Below are positions 62,560-64,000 of a stretch of 64,000 bases of DNA, piece after piece. This DNA comes from Mytilus californianus (Eukaryota). Below the pieces are notes generated by a model. The model was given only the letters and a program-made list of their open reading frames with translations. It ran no database searches and had not been told where the DNA came from. Every line of letters begins with the position of its first letter. Position 1 is the stretch's first letter. A program made the position numbers and the translations under genes. The DNA lies in NCBI RefSeq assembly GCF_021869535.1, contig NW_026262679.1, positions 92,775,982 to 92,839,981 on the forward strand, in the 5' to 3' direction.

Positions 62560-64000
62560 ATATTTAGTGTATGGAATGATTGTTAGGTGAACATGTCCGA
62601 CTGGCAGGTCTCGTCTGACCTTGACCTCATTTTTATGATTCAGTGCTCAATGTTAAGTTTTTCCAGTTTGGTCTATTTCTTGGATACTATAAGCAATAGG
62701 GCCACTATTTGGTGTATGGAGCAATTGTAAGGTGAACATGTCTGTCGAGCAAGTTCATATGACTGTGACCTCATTTTCACGGTTCATTCAAAGGTTAAAG
62801 TTTTGTTGTGTTTGAGTCTGTTTCTCAAGTACTATAATATAAGCAATAGGCCTATTAGGGTCACTATATTTGTTGTATGGATGCTTACAGGGAGTACATT
62901 GTACATGTCTGTCTTGCATGTTTCATTTGACCTTGACCTCATTTTCATATCTCATGGGTCAATTTTAAGGTTTCATGGTTTTGTCAGTTTATCCGATACT
63001 ATAAGCAATAGGTCATTTATATTTGGTCTATGGAATGAATGTAATGTGATCAAGTCTGTCTGGCAGGGTTCTTTTGACTGTGACCTCATTTTTTTGTCAT
63101 TGGTCAATATTAAGTTTTCATGATTACATGTATGTCTGTTTCTTAGATTCTATAATATAAACAATAGATCAACTATATTTGGTGTTTGGAATGATTACAT
63201 GGTATACATAACATGGTGTCTCACAGGGTTCATATGACCTTGACCTCATTTTTATTGTCGAGCCTGCGACAAAACAGAAAGCTCGACATAGGGATAGTGA
63301 TCTGGTGGCGGCGGTGTTAGCTAACTTCTTAAAAGCTTTATATTTTAGAAGATGGAAGATGTGGATGCGTCATACTTTGTATATTGATGCCTTATGTTAT
63401 GAAGTTTCCAGCTGTCGCATGTCCATTGTCCTTGACCTCATTTTCATAGATCTGTGCACGTGACTACTTGAAAAAAAAGTTAAGATTTTTTGTAATGTTA
63501 ATTTCTCTCTTATTATGAGTAATAGGATAACTATATTTGGTATGTGCTTACCTTGCAATGTCCTCATGCCCGTCAGACAGTTTTCACTTGACCTCGACCT
63601 TGTTTCATGGATCAGTGAACAAGGTTAAGTTTTGGTGGTCAAGTCCATATCTCAGATACTAGAAGCAATAGGGCTAGCATATTTGGTGTATGGAAGGACT
63701 GTAAGGTGTACATGTCCAACTGGCAGGTGTCATCTGACCTTGACCTCATTTTCATGATTCAGTGGTTATAGTTAAGATTTTGTGTTTTGGTCTGTTTTTC
63801 TTATACTGTATGCAATAGGTCCACTATATTTGGTGTATGGAATAATTGTAAGGTGTACATGTCTAGCTGGCATGTGTCTTCTGACCTTGACCTCATTTTC
63901 ATGGTTCAGTGGTCCAAGTTAAGTTTTTGAGTTTTGGTCTTTTTTTCTAATACTATATGCAATAGGTCATCTATATTTGGTGTACATGTATGGAAATATA
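62560..64000. repeat. Satellite of about 147 bp with about 9 units, containing a 'tgaccttgacctcatttt' core. It is interrupted at 63245-63330 by a head/tail-like motif ('tgtcgagcctgcgacaaaacagaaagctcgac' plus 'ggtggcggcggtg') related to the 15440 element termini.
   Basis: Unit 'tatttggtgtatggaatgattgtaaggtgaacatgtc.gactggcaggt.tc.tctgaccttgacctcattttcatgattcagtg.tcaatgttaagtttt...gtttggtct.tttcttggatactataagcaatagg.cac' is repeated. Track ORF 62803-63123 is an artefact. Confidence 0.75.

Overview
This is eukaryotic DNA, not prokaryotic. It contains two multi-exon genes with canonical GT-AG introns, and the introns and intergenic space are packed with interspersed and tandem repeats. The repeat content resembles bivalve-mollusc 'pearl'/Helentron-like satellite-carrying elements, but this is an inference and I cannot run a database search to confirm it.

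(1) Positions 350-37001, + strand. This is the 3' portion of a very large WD40-repeat gene. I reconstructed 28 coding exons whose reading-frame phases all connect across introns, giving about 1,170 aa in the window and ending at a TGA at 36999-37001. The N-terminus lies upstream of the window. The C-terminal roughly 1,000 aa carry at least 20 WD40 repeats with GH...WD signatures. That architecture is compatible with a TEP1-like (telomerase protein component 1) or NACHT/WD-repeat family protein.

(2) Positions 37-54.5 kb. This is AT-rich intergenic DNA with MITEs, a SINE-like repeat family and a doubtful single-exon ORF on the minus strand.

(3) Positions 54551 to beyond 58538, + strand. This is the 5' part of an FAD-dependent polyamine/spermine oxidase gene. 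Two exons lie in the window: the GxGxxG Rossmann-fold FAD-binding motif and the 'GANWIHG' motif. The remaining exons were not located.

The most unusual content is a set of composite non-autonomous elements. Each has a palindromic hairpin 'head', then a GTC-rich microsatellite, then one to three internal satellite arrays, then a conserved 'tail'. Copies of the same element family carry 4, 6 or about 16 units of the same internal satellite. One variant combines the same tail with a different array. In two independent cases the element tail sits immediately upstream of a splice acceptor of the WD40 gene.

The ORFs in the supplied six-frame track that fall inside these repeats are artefacts.
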